From: Octopus sinensis
Taxonomy: Eukaryota
Assembly: GCF_006345805.1 (NCBI RefSeq)
Contig: NW_021823867.1
Span: 1 to 20,932 of the forward strand
Length of the DNA stretch: 20,932 bases
Direction of reading: 5' to 3'
Shown: positions 9,480 through 19,480 of the stretch, one piece after another
Position numbering within the stretch: the stretch's first letter is position 1
How the letters are laid out: every line of letters starts with the position of its first letter
Translations under genes and position numbers: made by a program
Notes under the pieces: generated by a model
Told to the model about the DNA's origin: nothing
The model's database searches: none
Seen by the model: only the letters and a program-made list of their open reading frames with translations

Positions 9480-9787
9480 TTGGGAGTGTTTGTCTCCCAT
9501 TCGAAAATATATAAGGACGCAGGAAATGTGTCAAGGCCGACAGGAAGCGTCGATGCTTCCTAGGGCTAAATAGCGGTGGTGTAATTCCCTTTACAGGACT
9601 GTCACGTTAAGTTGACAGTATACAACCACTCTCTCTCTCTATATATATATATATTTAAGGCTACACATTTGCAATATTTTTTTCCTCTTTAATACTGCAA
9701 GGTGTGAGTTGTAAAGATTCAACTGCTATTTCTAGTTAGGACTATGACCATGTAAAGCCGCCTGCCCAACTCAGTATGTCAGCGATA

Positions 9788-9890
9788 TGCTCTCTCTCTC
9801 TCTCTCTCTCTCTCTTGCTTTCTCCCTTCCTTTCTCTGTTTCTCTCTCTCTGTTTCTCTCTCTCTCTCTCTCTCTTTCTCTTTGTCTCTC
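9788..9890. repeat. (CT)n microsatellite
   Basis: Direct inspection. Confidence 0.9.
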
Positions 9891-9918
9891 ATGCGCATAT
9901 ACGTAAATACAAAATACA

Positions 9919-10320
9919 CAGGAGTAGCTGTGTGGTAAGTAGCTTGTTTACCAACCACATGGTTCCGGGTTCAGTCCCACTGCGTGGCATCTTGGGCAAG
10001 TGTCTTCTGCTATAGCCCCGGGCCGACCAATGCCTTGTGAGTGGATTTGGTAGACGGAAACTGAAAGAAGCCTGTCGTATATACGTATATATATATGTAT
10101 GTGTATGTGTTTGTGTGTCTGTGTTTGTTCCCCTAGCATTGCTTGACAACCGATGCTGATGTGTTTACGTCCCCGTCACTTAGCGGTTCGGCAAAAGAGA
10201 CCGATAGAATAAGTACTGGGCTTACAAAGAATAAGTCCCGGGGTCGAGTTGCTCGACTAAAGGCGGTGCTCCAGCATGCCGGCAGTCAAATGACTGAAAC
10301 AAGTAAAAGAGTAAAAGAGT
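9919..10320 (+). mobile_element. SINE family B, full length
   Basis: A-box-like TAGCTGTGTGG, B-box-like GGTTCAGTCCC, (AAAAGAGT)n tail; near-identical to 17155-17557. Confidence 0.9.
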
Positions 10321-10657
10321 ATACATACACACACACGCACATTTACGCTGTCTTTACCTATCCCATACTATCGGTTTTTCCCTTCTATCTCTCTTTCCCT
10401 CTCTCTCTCTCTCTCTCATACACACGCACACAGAAACACACACATAGACTGACATACCCATTCATGTATGCGTATACACTGTCACTTTTTATCCCATGTT
10501 CATTCACTCTGTCTGTCTGTCTTTCTTTCTCTCTGTCTCTCTCCCTCTCTCCTTCTCACCTTTACAATCAGACTACAGTACTGCTACTGTTTAATTAAAA
10601 CTGTATAAGCATGCATCATCAGAAGCGATTGTCTCTCTGACTGTCTGACGTCCAAAC

Positions 10658-10737
10658 GACGCCGAGTGACGCCGAGTGACGCCGAGTAACGCCGAGTGAC
10701 TCCGAAGGACGCTAAGTGACGCCGAACGATGCCGAAC
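10658..10737. repeat. 10-bp minisatellite (GACGCCGAGT)x8, degenerating toward the 3' end
   Basis: Units: GACGCCGAGT x3, AACGCCGAGT, GACTCCGAAG, GACGCTAAGT, GACGCCGAAC, GATGCCGAAC. Confidence 0.9.
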
Positions 10738-11319
10738 GTCAGCAAAACGATGCCCGGAGAATTGAGACACAATAAACAAACGGTTGAACTTTGACACCGG
10801 AAACAGATTGTTTCGCCGCACAAATTGGAAGTGTGCCCTTTGCTTACCCCCTCGACAGCAGTTATACGAGGCTAGGGAAGGGGAGGGGGTACGGAGTGGA
10901 GAGGAAAAGGAAGAGGTATTTGAGTCGTTTTTTTTCTTTCTGTGTAGTGACAGACAACATACAGCTACTCACATATGAACATATATACACAATATCCATG
11001 CTTATGTATACACACACGCATAGATATGGCAACGGATATACACACATCCCTTCATCATTATAATTATATATATTGTTTATATATATATTTGAGATTTTAT
11101 AACTAGCTAATTTGCGCGCAAGCAGACAGAGACAGACACAACACGAACACATACATCCATGCGGTGCAACGCAGTCTCATGCACATACATATATATACAT
11201 ATATATAGATATACAGTTTATTTGCTAACATACTGCTGCCATTTGTAAAATCATGTGTATGTATGTGTGCATGCATGTATTTATGTATGTGTATATATGT
11301 ATCTACGTACGTATGTGTG

Positions 11320-11336
11320 TATGTCTGTCTGTCTGT

Positions 11337-11430
<94 letters not shown>

Positions 11431-11435
11431 GTCTG

Positions 11436-11491
<56 letters not shown>

Positions 11492-11505
11492 CCTGTCTGT
11501 CTATC
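11320..11505. repeat. (TATC)n/(TGTC)n compound microsatellite
   Basis: Direct inspection. Confidence 0.95.
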
Positions 11506-11619
11506 TTTTTCTTTCTGTATACACGTGTGTGTTTATGTGTGTATGTGTAGGGGTGTGTGTGTGTGTGTGTGTGCGGGGGGTGCGTATCTACAAATATTAT
11601 GCAAAACGAAATACCTTTA

Positions 11620-11815
11620 TCTTTTATTTTTTACATGTTTCAGTTATTGAACTGCGGCCATGCTGATTAACCGACCGAAAGGGTTTCAGACGAACGAATC
11701 GGCCTAGTTCCTTTAACAAAAACAAAAAAAAAATGCTTAGTGCTTATTCTATCTTCTTGTCTTGCCGATGCGCAATGGGGACATAAACAAACCAACACTG
11801 GCTGTAAACGATGGG
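11620..11815 (-). mobile_element. SINE family B, old degenerate 3' half
   Basis: TGTTTCAGTTATTGAACTGCGGCCATGCTG...GTGCTTATTCTATC...GGGGACATAAACAAACCAACA resembles 1925-2085. Confidence 0.6.
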
Positions 11816-12297
11816 AGATGATAAGCACACGCACGCATCAGACACACACACTCACTCACACATATACACACGCTCACACATGTGTATGTATATACAAGCG
11901 TCCAGTTTGTGACTTTTCATTTTTCTGTATATAGTAGTACAGCAGGCTGCTACGCAATGTAAAGTTTCTCAGAGAGACAAAGGCGGCAGTTAAGTGCATG
12001 GCGGATCAGAAAAAATGTGCCATGCTTTCAATATGACTTCCTATCATTTAATGTAATACAGAGGTCGCTATCCTAATACAATGTCTCTCGATGTACAGCG
12101 TTTTCAAGAGAAGAGAATTTCACAGGGAAATATGAATATTGATATAGCAGAATGTCTGAATCACTCGGATGATACTTTCTGAAAACGGCGAGACTACTTG
12201 ATAACAGCCGTGCTACATAAAATTCTGTTGAACTAACAGGTGTGTCTTTTACGTCTCTGAAGCTCTGAGTAATGCAAATTTAAGTCACAAACTGTTA

Positions 12298-12302
12298 ACA
12301 CA

Positions 12303-12360
<58 letters not shown>

Positions 12361-12390
12361 ATACATACAGCACACACATACATACACAGA
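12298..12390. repeat. (AC)n microsatellite
   Basis: Direct inspection. Confidence 0.95.
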
Positions 12391-12840
12391 CCCACATATT
12401 ATAGATTATTACAAATTTTCATACGTGCAACGAGAATAACATCTCCATGTTTTGATTTAGTAAAATAACTCGATGAGACGAAATAAGTTCACATTTCTGG
12501 GAATTGTGCGCCATAGAAATATGAAAATAAAAACACAGCATAACGAAGTTGACGTTAGTTTTCATACCATGAAACTAATAACAGATCGATTATTTTCCTT
12601 TTTGTTCTTCTTAATCCAACCAATAACGGGCCAGTAAATTATCTATCTCCACACACACACGTACACACACACTAGCGTACACACACACACACACACTTAC
12701 CCGCTTGCACACATGCAAACACTCGTCAAACCCTCTTTTGACAAACCCTCGTCAAACCCGTAGATTTTTACTGTCAAGATATTGACAAGCTTTTGGAACG
12801 TCAGCAAGAAGTCATGGACAATGAAGAATATACCTGTTTC

Positions 12841-13016
12841 TTTATTACCCACAAGGGGCTAAACATAGAGGGGACAAACAAGGACAGACAAACGGATTAT
12901 GTCGATTACATGAAAGGCAAAGTCGACCTCGGCGGAATTTGAACTGAGAACGTAACGGCAGACGAAATACGGCTACGCATTTCGCCCGGCGTGCTAACGG
13001 TTCTGCCAGCTCGCCA
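12841..13016 (-). mobile_element. SINE family A variant with a different 3' tail and an internal deletion
   Basis: The head GGCGAGCTGGCAGAACCGTTAGCACGCCGGGCGAAATGCGTAGCCG matches 20834+. The junction GTCGATTACA|TGAAAGGC lacks the ~50-nt middle seen at 690-735. Confidence 0.85.
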
Positions 13017-13034
13017 TTAACTAATTTGTTAAAA

Positions 13035-13370
13035 TCTTTATATATAAAAGTCAAGTTGTGTGTCTGTCTCCTACGATTTAGATTCCTAACTACTCCCACA
13101 TTTTGCGGTGCAGTTTAACCAAAACCGGATATCTTATAGTCGTGATTCATATCGAGCCCTTCTGGGTATTAGCGCGCGTCTACGATTAAAAAAAAATTTA
13201 CCATCATTTTTTTCCATTTTAATGCATTTTTTCGTTATTATATAAGGGAAGTAACTCTCTAAAAATGTCTACGATGAGTCAACGATTTAAACAAAAAATT
13301 ACCATCATTTTTTGCCCATTTTTAATGCATATTTTTGCTATTTTTTGGCTATAACTCTCTAAAAATGCTT
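13035..13370 (+). mobile_element. Possible non-autonomous Helitron 5' portion with an internal ~90-100-bp tandem duplication
   Basis: Starts A|TCTTTATATATAAAAG...GTGTGTCTGTC, resembling animal Helitron 5' ends. TCTACGAT...TTACCATCATTTTT...AACTCTCTAAAAATG occurs twice (~13179-13268, ~13269-13368). No 3' hairpin/CTRR end seen. Confidence 0.45.
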
Positions 13371-13440
13371 ATATAGTTGTTGATAAAAAGGAGGCTAAGA
13401 TAAATTTAGAAAAACAAGAAATAAGCGAGCGAATTTATCA

Positions 13441-13775
13441 GGCTCTCTCCGTCGGTTACGGCGACGCAGGTTCCATTTCAACCGATCAATGGAATAGCCA
13501 ATAGCCTACTCGTGAAATTAACGTGCAAGTGGCTGAGTACTCCACAGACACGTGTACCTTTAACGGAGATCTCAAAGAGAGATGTAGCGTGACACAGAAT
13601 GTGACAAGGCTGGCCTTTCGGATTACAGATACAACTCATTTTTTGTCAGATGAGTGAACTGGAGGAAGGTGCAGTAAAGTGTCTTGCTCAAGGATACAAC
13701 GCGCCGCTGGAAATCGAACTCACGAGCTTACTATCGTGATTCGAATACCCTAACCACTCAGCCATGTGTCTTCAC
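13441..13775 (-). mobile_element. SINE family C, near full length with tRNA-like head
   Basis: Minus strand: GTGAAGACACATGGCTGAGTGGTTAGGG (A box), GAGTTCGATTTCC (B box), CCTTGAGCAAGACACTTT central motif, then the body shared with 1-190. Confidence 0.85.
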
Positions 13776-13779
13776 TTCA

Positions 13780-14511
13780 CACATATATAAACACATACAT
13801 GCATACATACTTACATGCAGACACATACATAAATACATACATACGTACGTACGTTCATACATATATATGTTCATACATACGTACATACATGCATGCATCC
13901 ATTCATACATACATGCATATATACATGCATACATATATACATACATACGTACATACATGCATACATATATACATACATACGTATGTACGTACGTACATAA
14001 TACGTACATACATGCTTGTATACATGCATGCATACATATATACATACATACGTATGTACGTACGTACATACATACATACATACGTACATACATATGTACA
14101 TAGGCTCATACATACGTATATGCATGCATACATACATACATACATATATACATACATACATACGTATGTACATACATACATATATGCATACATACGTATG
14201 TACGTACGTACATACATACATACATGCATACGTACATACATGCTTGTATACATGTATGCATACATATATACATACATACATACAACGTATGTACGTACGT
14301 ACAACATACGTACATACATATGTACATACGTGTATGCATGCATACATACATACATATATACATGCATACATTCGTATGTACGTACGTACATACATACATG
14401 CATACATACATATGTACATATGTACATACGCTCATACATACGTATATGCATGCATACATACAAACAAACATATATACATACATACATACGTACATACATA
14501 CATACATACAT

Positions 14512-14543
<32 letters not shown>

Positions 14544-14613
14544 CGTACATACATATGTACATACGCTCATACATACGTATATGCATGCATACATACGTAC
14601 ACATATACGTACA
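13780..14613. repeat. (CATA/CGTA/CATG)n array, ~830 bp
   Basis: Direct inspection. Confidence 0.97.
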
Positions 14614-14852
14614 TGTTGGTTGCAGGTTGATTTCAAGCATCGCCATCGCTTGACTGATCTCTTAAACATGAGCAGCATGGATGTAGGTCTTTTCAGTGGT
14701 GTTGAGGGCTTATAGTCTTTGTACTGATATGGCAATGATGGGCACCTCTTGCAGTAGGTGTTACAATATCGCTTTGGTCAACTGAACCTTCATATGATGC
14801 TTCATTCTACCTCCTGACGCACCTTCGTTTCCACACTTCCTGCAAGCAGAAA
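14614..14852 (-). pseudogene. Second decayed zinc-finger LINE-like 3' end
   Basis: Minus strand CRKCGNEGASGGRMKHHMKVQ (14844-14782) is 10/21 identical to the finger at 9170-9232. A further frameshifted finger ends IHAAHV* (stop 14662-14664), followed by a ~50-nt UTR with hairpin TCAAGC/GCTTGA. Confidence 0.5.
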
Positions 14853-14959
14853 TACCTACATACACACATACATACATATATATAGCTAATCCCGCACCCA
14901 AACAAACGAAGAAAAAACACAAGAAAAAATAACAACGTGTGGATGTGGTACATGCAAAG

Positions 14960-15125
14960 TATTAAAAGACGCTCAGGGAAGGACAGAAAAGGTGTTTTAC
15001 GTTTCGAGCAAAGCTCTTCTTCAGAAACAGGAGACAGTGGAAAGTCCAAGAGAAAAGGAAGACGGAGGGGAAAAGATCGCCAACAGTCCACATGTAGTTA
15101 CATTTTGAAATGACCGGAAGGGAAT
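14960..15125 (-). mobile_element. Penelope-like element pseudo-LTR fragment
   Basis: Contains a minimal hammerhead of the PLE type (see 14993-15029). Boundaries are approximate; no RT or GIY-YIG coding sequence is visible. Confidence 0.55.
14993..15029 (-). ncRNA. Minimal type I hammerhead ribozyme (Penelope-type)
   Basis: Minus strand: TGTTT-CTGAAGA-A-GAGC-TTT-GCTC-GAAAC-GTA-AAACA. 5-bp stem I, 4-bp stem II, ACGT palindromic stem III, cleavage after GUA (between 14998 and 14997). Confidence 0.8.
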
Positions 15126-15706
15126 GGACATATATGCATGCATGTACGTGTATGTGTGTGTGTGTGTTTTGGTGAGTCAGGAGTCCATCATCTCGATACA
15201 GGCCGCCGTCAAGCCTCGATCTTCAAACCTTACGATCGCAAGCCAAACACTGATCGCTAAAGCCAGGCGCCTTCACTTAACAAATTCATCCGACAACCCG
15301 AGCAATCACCAACAACGCTCTACATGGTTGCTCGATATGCTAAACGTCACAGCCAAAATTCCTTCAAATCAAACCTCGCCATCTTATATAACAATTGAAT
15401 AATGCAGTCCTAGATATATTGTCTGAAAATTCTTTTTCTTCGAGGACTTGGTGATGACGATGATGGTGATATAAAGATGATATTAGTAGACGTGAACACC
15501 CTCCACCCCACCCCACACCATTCATTAAATACTTACACCCTTCTCTAGCAGTCCAGCCTGTCTGTCTGACTGACTACCAGCCCCATCGTTCCACGGCACC
15601 GCCACCACCACCATTCGTCCCTTATTATTATATTAATTGTTTCCGGCGGATGTTAATCAATGCGGCAGCAACGTTCTTCAGAAGCTGCCATGAAGCAATA
15701 GGAGTG

Positions 15707-15800
15707 TGGTGGCGGTGGTGGTGGTTGTGATGGTGGTGGTGGTGATGGTTGTGGTGGTGGTGGTGGTGGTGGTGGTGTAGTCGGCGGCCGTGGTGGCGTT
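15707..15800. repeat. (GGT)n microsatellite
   Basis: Direct inspection. Confidence 0.9.
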
Positions 15801-15877
15801 ATAGAAATCGGAGGGGTGTGGTGAGGCTGCAGGCAAAAGGTGGGGATGGTACACAAATAAGTGTAAACAACAATAAA

Positions 15878-15924
<47 letters not shown>

Positions 15925-16099
15925 CAGACAGACAGACAGAGATAGTCTCACAGGCATTCACACATACATATAGATATGTATGAATGTATGTATGTATGTA
16001 TATATATACATATGTGTGTATGTGTATAGTCGAAAAGACTGAAACCGGTACAAAATGTATTTCGTAATAGAATTATTTTAGCATTTTGTACCTTGTCTT

Positions 16100-16107
16100 A
16101 TTTTCCT

Positions 16108-16140
<33 letters not shown>

Positions 16141-16175
16141 ATATGTATCTATGTGTACATGTATATATATATATA

Positions 16176-16238
<63 letters not shown>

Positions 16239-16280
16239 AACAGATATTCATATAAACAAATATATATATATATATATGTA
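16100..16280. repeat. (GT)/(AT)/(AG) compound microsatellite
   Basis: Direct inspection. Confidence 0.9.
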
Positions 16281-17154
16281 TAATACTCTATTTGACAAAG
16301 ATATATATAATAATGTATGTAATATATGCATATATAAAAATGTTATATTTAGACTACACATTAGTGTGTGCGTGTATCTATATATATATATGTCTGATGT
16401 GGTGTGTATGTGTGGGTGCGCGCGCGCGTTTGCACGTTTACAAAATACTATTGCGCAGGAAATTCAGACGATCATTCAATAAAATTGAGAGAGACACTCG
16501 GTAGAAGTGGGTGGTGCAGATGCTGTTACTTGTGTTGTTTTTATTGTTGTTGTTGTTGGTGGTGGTGATGGTGTTGGTGGTGATGGTGGTGGTACTATCG
16601 GTGCTTAAGTGGGTGGGTACTAGTGTTGTAGTTAATAAGCGTTAGTTCATAACTAACTCACGTGTCGATAGCTGCCCGCTGTTTGGTTCTTTTTTTTTTA
16701 TCCTAGATTGGTGATTGGCACAATTGGGTGTACATACTCACACACACACACACACACACACCACACACACACACACACGTACGTACACACACAAACATTT
16801 AAATACGTATTCATACATACATGAACGCTGATCATAACAAACACATTATAAGCATATATGTACACACATGAAAATGTTTGGCAAATGCTAAGTAACATGC
16901 AGACACAAACGTTTACTGAATATAAATACCCTATTTGACAAAGTTACAGAGATGTAATAAAAATGTAAAAATTCACAAAAAAAAATGAAAACACGAAAGA
17001 ATTGTACATGTAGTAAATAAAAGTCGACTCCGTAAGATACGAGAAAGTCTAAAGAAATGATAGGAAATTCTTTTTCTTTATATGAAAGGGTTGCAGAATA
17101 ATTGACTTTTATATTATTCTTGTTAAATAATTTACAAAGCTTAAACAAATATAT

Positions 17155-17557
17155 AGGTGCAGGAGTGGCTGTGTGGTAAGTAGCTTGCTTACCAACCACA
17201 TGGTTCCGGGTTCAGTCCCACTGCGTGGCACCTTGGGAAAGTGTCTTCTACTATAGCCTCGGGCCGACCAAAGCCTTGTGAGTGGATTTGGTAGACGGAA
17301 ACTGAAAGAAGCCCGTCACATATATGTATATATGTGTGTGCATGTATGTTTGTGTGTCTGTGTTTGTCCCCCTAGCATTGCTTGACAATCGATGCTGGTG
17401 TGTTTATGTCCCCGTCACTTAGCGGTTCGGCAAAGGAGACCGATAGAATAAGTACTGGGCTTACAAAGAATAAGTCCCGGGGTCGAGTTGCTCGACTAAA
17501 GGCGGTGCTCCAGCATGGCCGCAGTCAAATGACTGAAACAAGTAAAAGACTAAAGAC
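17155..17557 (+). mobile_element. SINE family B, full length
   Basis: A box TGGCTGTGTGG, B box GGTTCAGTCCC; matches 9919-10320 and 1904-2355. Confidence 0.9.
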
Positions 17558-17654
17558 ATAAAAGCAGTCTTCCGTGGACAAAGTAACTTTCCTCAGATTC
17601 GAGGACAAGTATGCCGAGACACTTGTATGTAAACACACGTAAGATACAATAAGA

Positions 17655-17848
17655 TACAACTCATTCACTACAAACCGCAAAAACGACGTCACTGTTGCCA
17701 AGTTGTATCGGATTTTGTGTTTCCTTTGGCATGGAGAGAAGAGGCTGGTATGCATGGGTGACTGCTGATCTTCCATAAACAACCTTGCCCGGAATTGTGC
17801 CTCGGAAGGGAACTTTCTACGTGCAATCCCATGGTCATTCATAACCTA
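17655..17848 (+). mobile_element. SINE family D 3' half, interrupted by a MITE (tail resumes at 18270-18290)
   Basis: Homologous to the reverse complement of 20524-20700: GTCACT.TTGCCAAG...GGCTGGTAT.CATGGG.GACTGCTG...AACAACCTTGCCCGGA...GCAATCC.A.GGTCATT.AT.AC. Confidence 0.7.
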
Positions 17849-18269
17849 AACTTTTCGGTTTCAACGGCAGTTTTTAACATAATTTCTAGGTAACTAAAAA
17901 ATGTTAAACTTCGTATACTGATAGAATGTGTTTATAAAACATCTTTTTCTCTTGGCTTTATTGAGAAAATTCTATACTTTGTAAGATATTTGTTGTTTTT
18001 TTTCTTCAATGTCTGCAATTTCAACCAATCAATGACGTCTATTGAGGTAAAAAATATTCTGTGCCGTATGAATATGACCCTCGTTTAAGAAACAGATTGG
18101 GTTTATTTACATTTCTGAAGAAAAAAAGATACCCTTCCCCCCACCCCTAACCCTAACCTTAACCCTAAAACAGATTGAAATGCAATAGATCGATACTAGG
18201 GTCATAATTATGGGTGACAATTTCATATGATACCGCTAGAAAAAACTGCCGTTCAAACCGAAAAGATCC
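17849..18269. mobile_element. MITE with 25-bp TIRs and internal telomere-like repeats
   Basis: CTTTTCGGTTTCAACGGCAGTTTTT (17851-17875) versus AAAAACTGCCGTTCAAACCGAAAAG (18241-18265): 24/25 inverted match. TA on both flanks (17847-48, 18270-71). (CCCTAA)x4 at 18145-18168. Confidence 0.85.
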
Positions 18270-18619
18270 TAAAGGGGGTTTTTAACCCCTTTACCCTATA
18301 TATATTCAATTACGAATAAAAAGCAGCGCTAGTGTTGAGAACATTACCGACTGTACATAGTCAATGTATGTGTTTTGCTAGTTCGCTGGGGACGACCCGC
18401 TCTTGTTGCGTTTAATTCGTATGCATCGTCGTAGCGTACTAGCAAGTAAAGTTTTCCCAGACTTTTTCGCGCTGCCACCCCCTTGACACCCAGCCCACAT
18501 TCCTAGTCTCCCCACCCTATCACAAACATAGACCTCTTTCTGAAGCAAATTCAAAGCAACTGTATTTCACAAATAAAACTTAACCTAACGGACCCATTAT
18601 TTTATTGTTTTTACATGAA

Positions 18620-18713
18620 TTTCTACCCTATTATCGCCCCACTTTTCTTCAACGTCCCCTTGGAACTTTCCACCGACCCAGGGGAGCAATACCGCCCACT
18701 TTGGGAACCACTG
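18620..18713. mobile_element. Possible hAT-type DNA transposon terminus (solo)
   Basis: Ends ...CGCCCACTTTGGGAACCACTG, the reverse of a CAGTGGTTCCCAAA-type TIR. No partner TIR found. Confidence 0.35.
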
Positions 18714-19218
18714 TCTTACACTATTTGCATGTAGTCATAGATTGGCGATTGAGTTCGTCCCCCGTTCGATTCAGGTTCATCATGTTGATAAGCCACAACA
18801 ATGGTGAAATATCGGTATCCATTACTCCTGGATGGGACTGAAGGCGAGGTGTCTCACCTGTCTATGACTTTCAGGTGTTTCAACACTAGAAGGACCGAGT
18901 CCGTCAATTGACGCATTTTGAAATCTTAATTGCACACAATTCAAAAACTATCGGCATCATAGTGCTTGACTTTTAATAGTTTTATATCTATTTACACAAT
19001 AAACTATAGGTTGTTTGCACCAACTGTAAAACAATAAAATATCCATGTACTACATATAAAGTGTACCTATAAATGTACATAGAGTAAAATCGATACAAAT
19101 AGTACAGTGAACGTGCCGAGGAGAATGGAAGATCTAATGTTTCGGGCAGTTAAAAACAAAGATAGAGGACGTAAATTTCTGTTTTTCTCTCATTAATTTC
19201 TCCATTTTCAAGTATTCT

Positions 19219-19245
19219 CTGAAGAAGAACCTTGTCCGAAACGTC
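19219..19245 (+). other. Degenerate minimal hammerhead-like motif
   Basis: CTGAAGA-A-GAAC-CTT-GTCC-GAAAC-GTC. Stem II has one mismatch and stem I does not pair. Confidence 0.4.
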
Positions 19246-19339
19246 CCTCAACAGCAAGTTCACTGTACTCTTTATATTGATTTCACTATATAAGTGCTAC
19301 CTTTGCAGACCAACATCAACCTCTTTGGATTCTGATTGT

Positions 19340-19401
19340 ATGCATACGCTCACATACATACATATATACATACATGCATACATACATACATACATACAAC
19401 A

Positions 19402-19435
<34 letters not shown>

Positions 19436-19480
19436 CATACATGCATACATACATACACTTACATATAAACATACATATAA
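19340..19480. repeat. (CATA)n array
   Basis: Direct inspection. Confidence 0.9.

Noticed and set aside
10590-10630. CTGATGA on the minus strand at 10616-10622
   Set aside because: No downstream GAAA or paired stems.
10658-10737. CRISPR-like array
   Set aside because: Head-to-tail 10-bp units without spacers, in a eukaryotic context.
16680-16735. Strong-looking splice acceptor (T-run...CCTAG)
   Set aside because: No good donor or recognisable coding sequence follows, and such motifs are common by chance here.
17155-17235. tRNA gene (also 13700-13775 and 20834-20920)
   Set aside because: A/B boxes are present but there is no complete cloverleaf, and each continues into a multi-copy SINE body.
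18145-18168. True telomere or chromosome-fusion site
   Set aside because: Only four units, located inside a TIR-bounded MITE.
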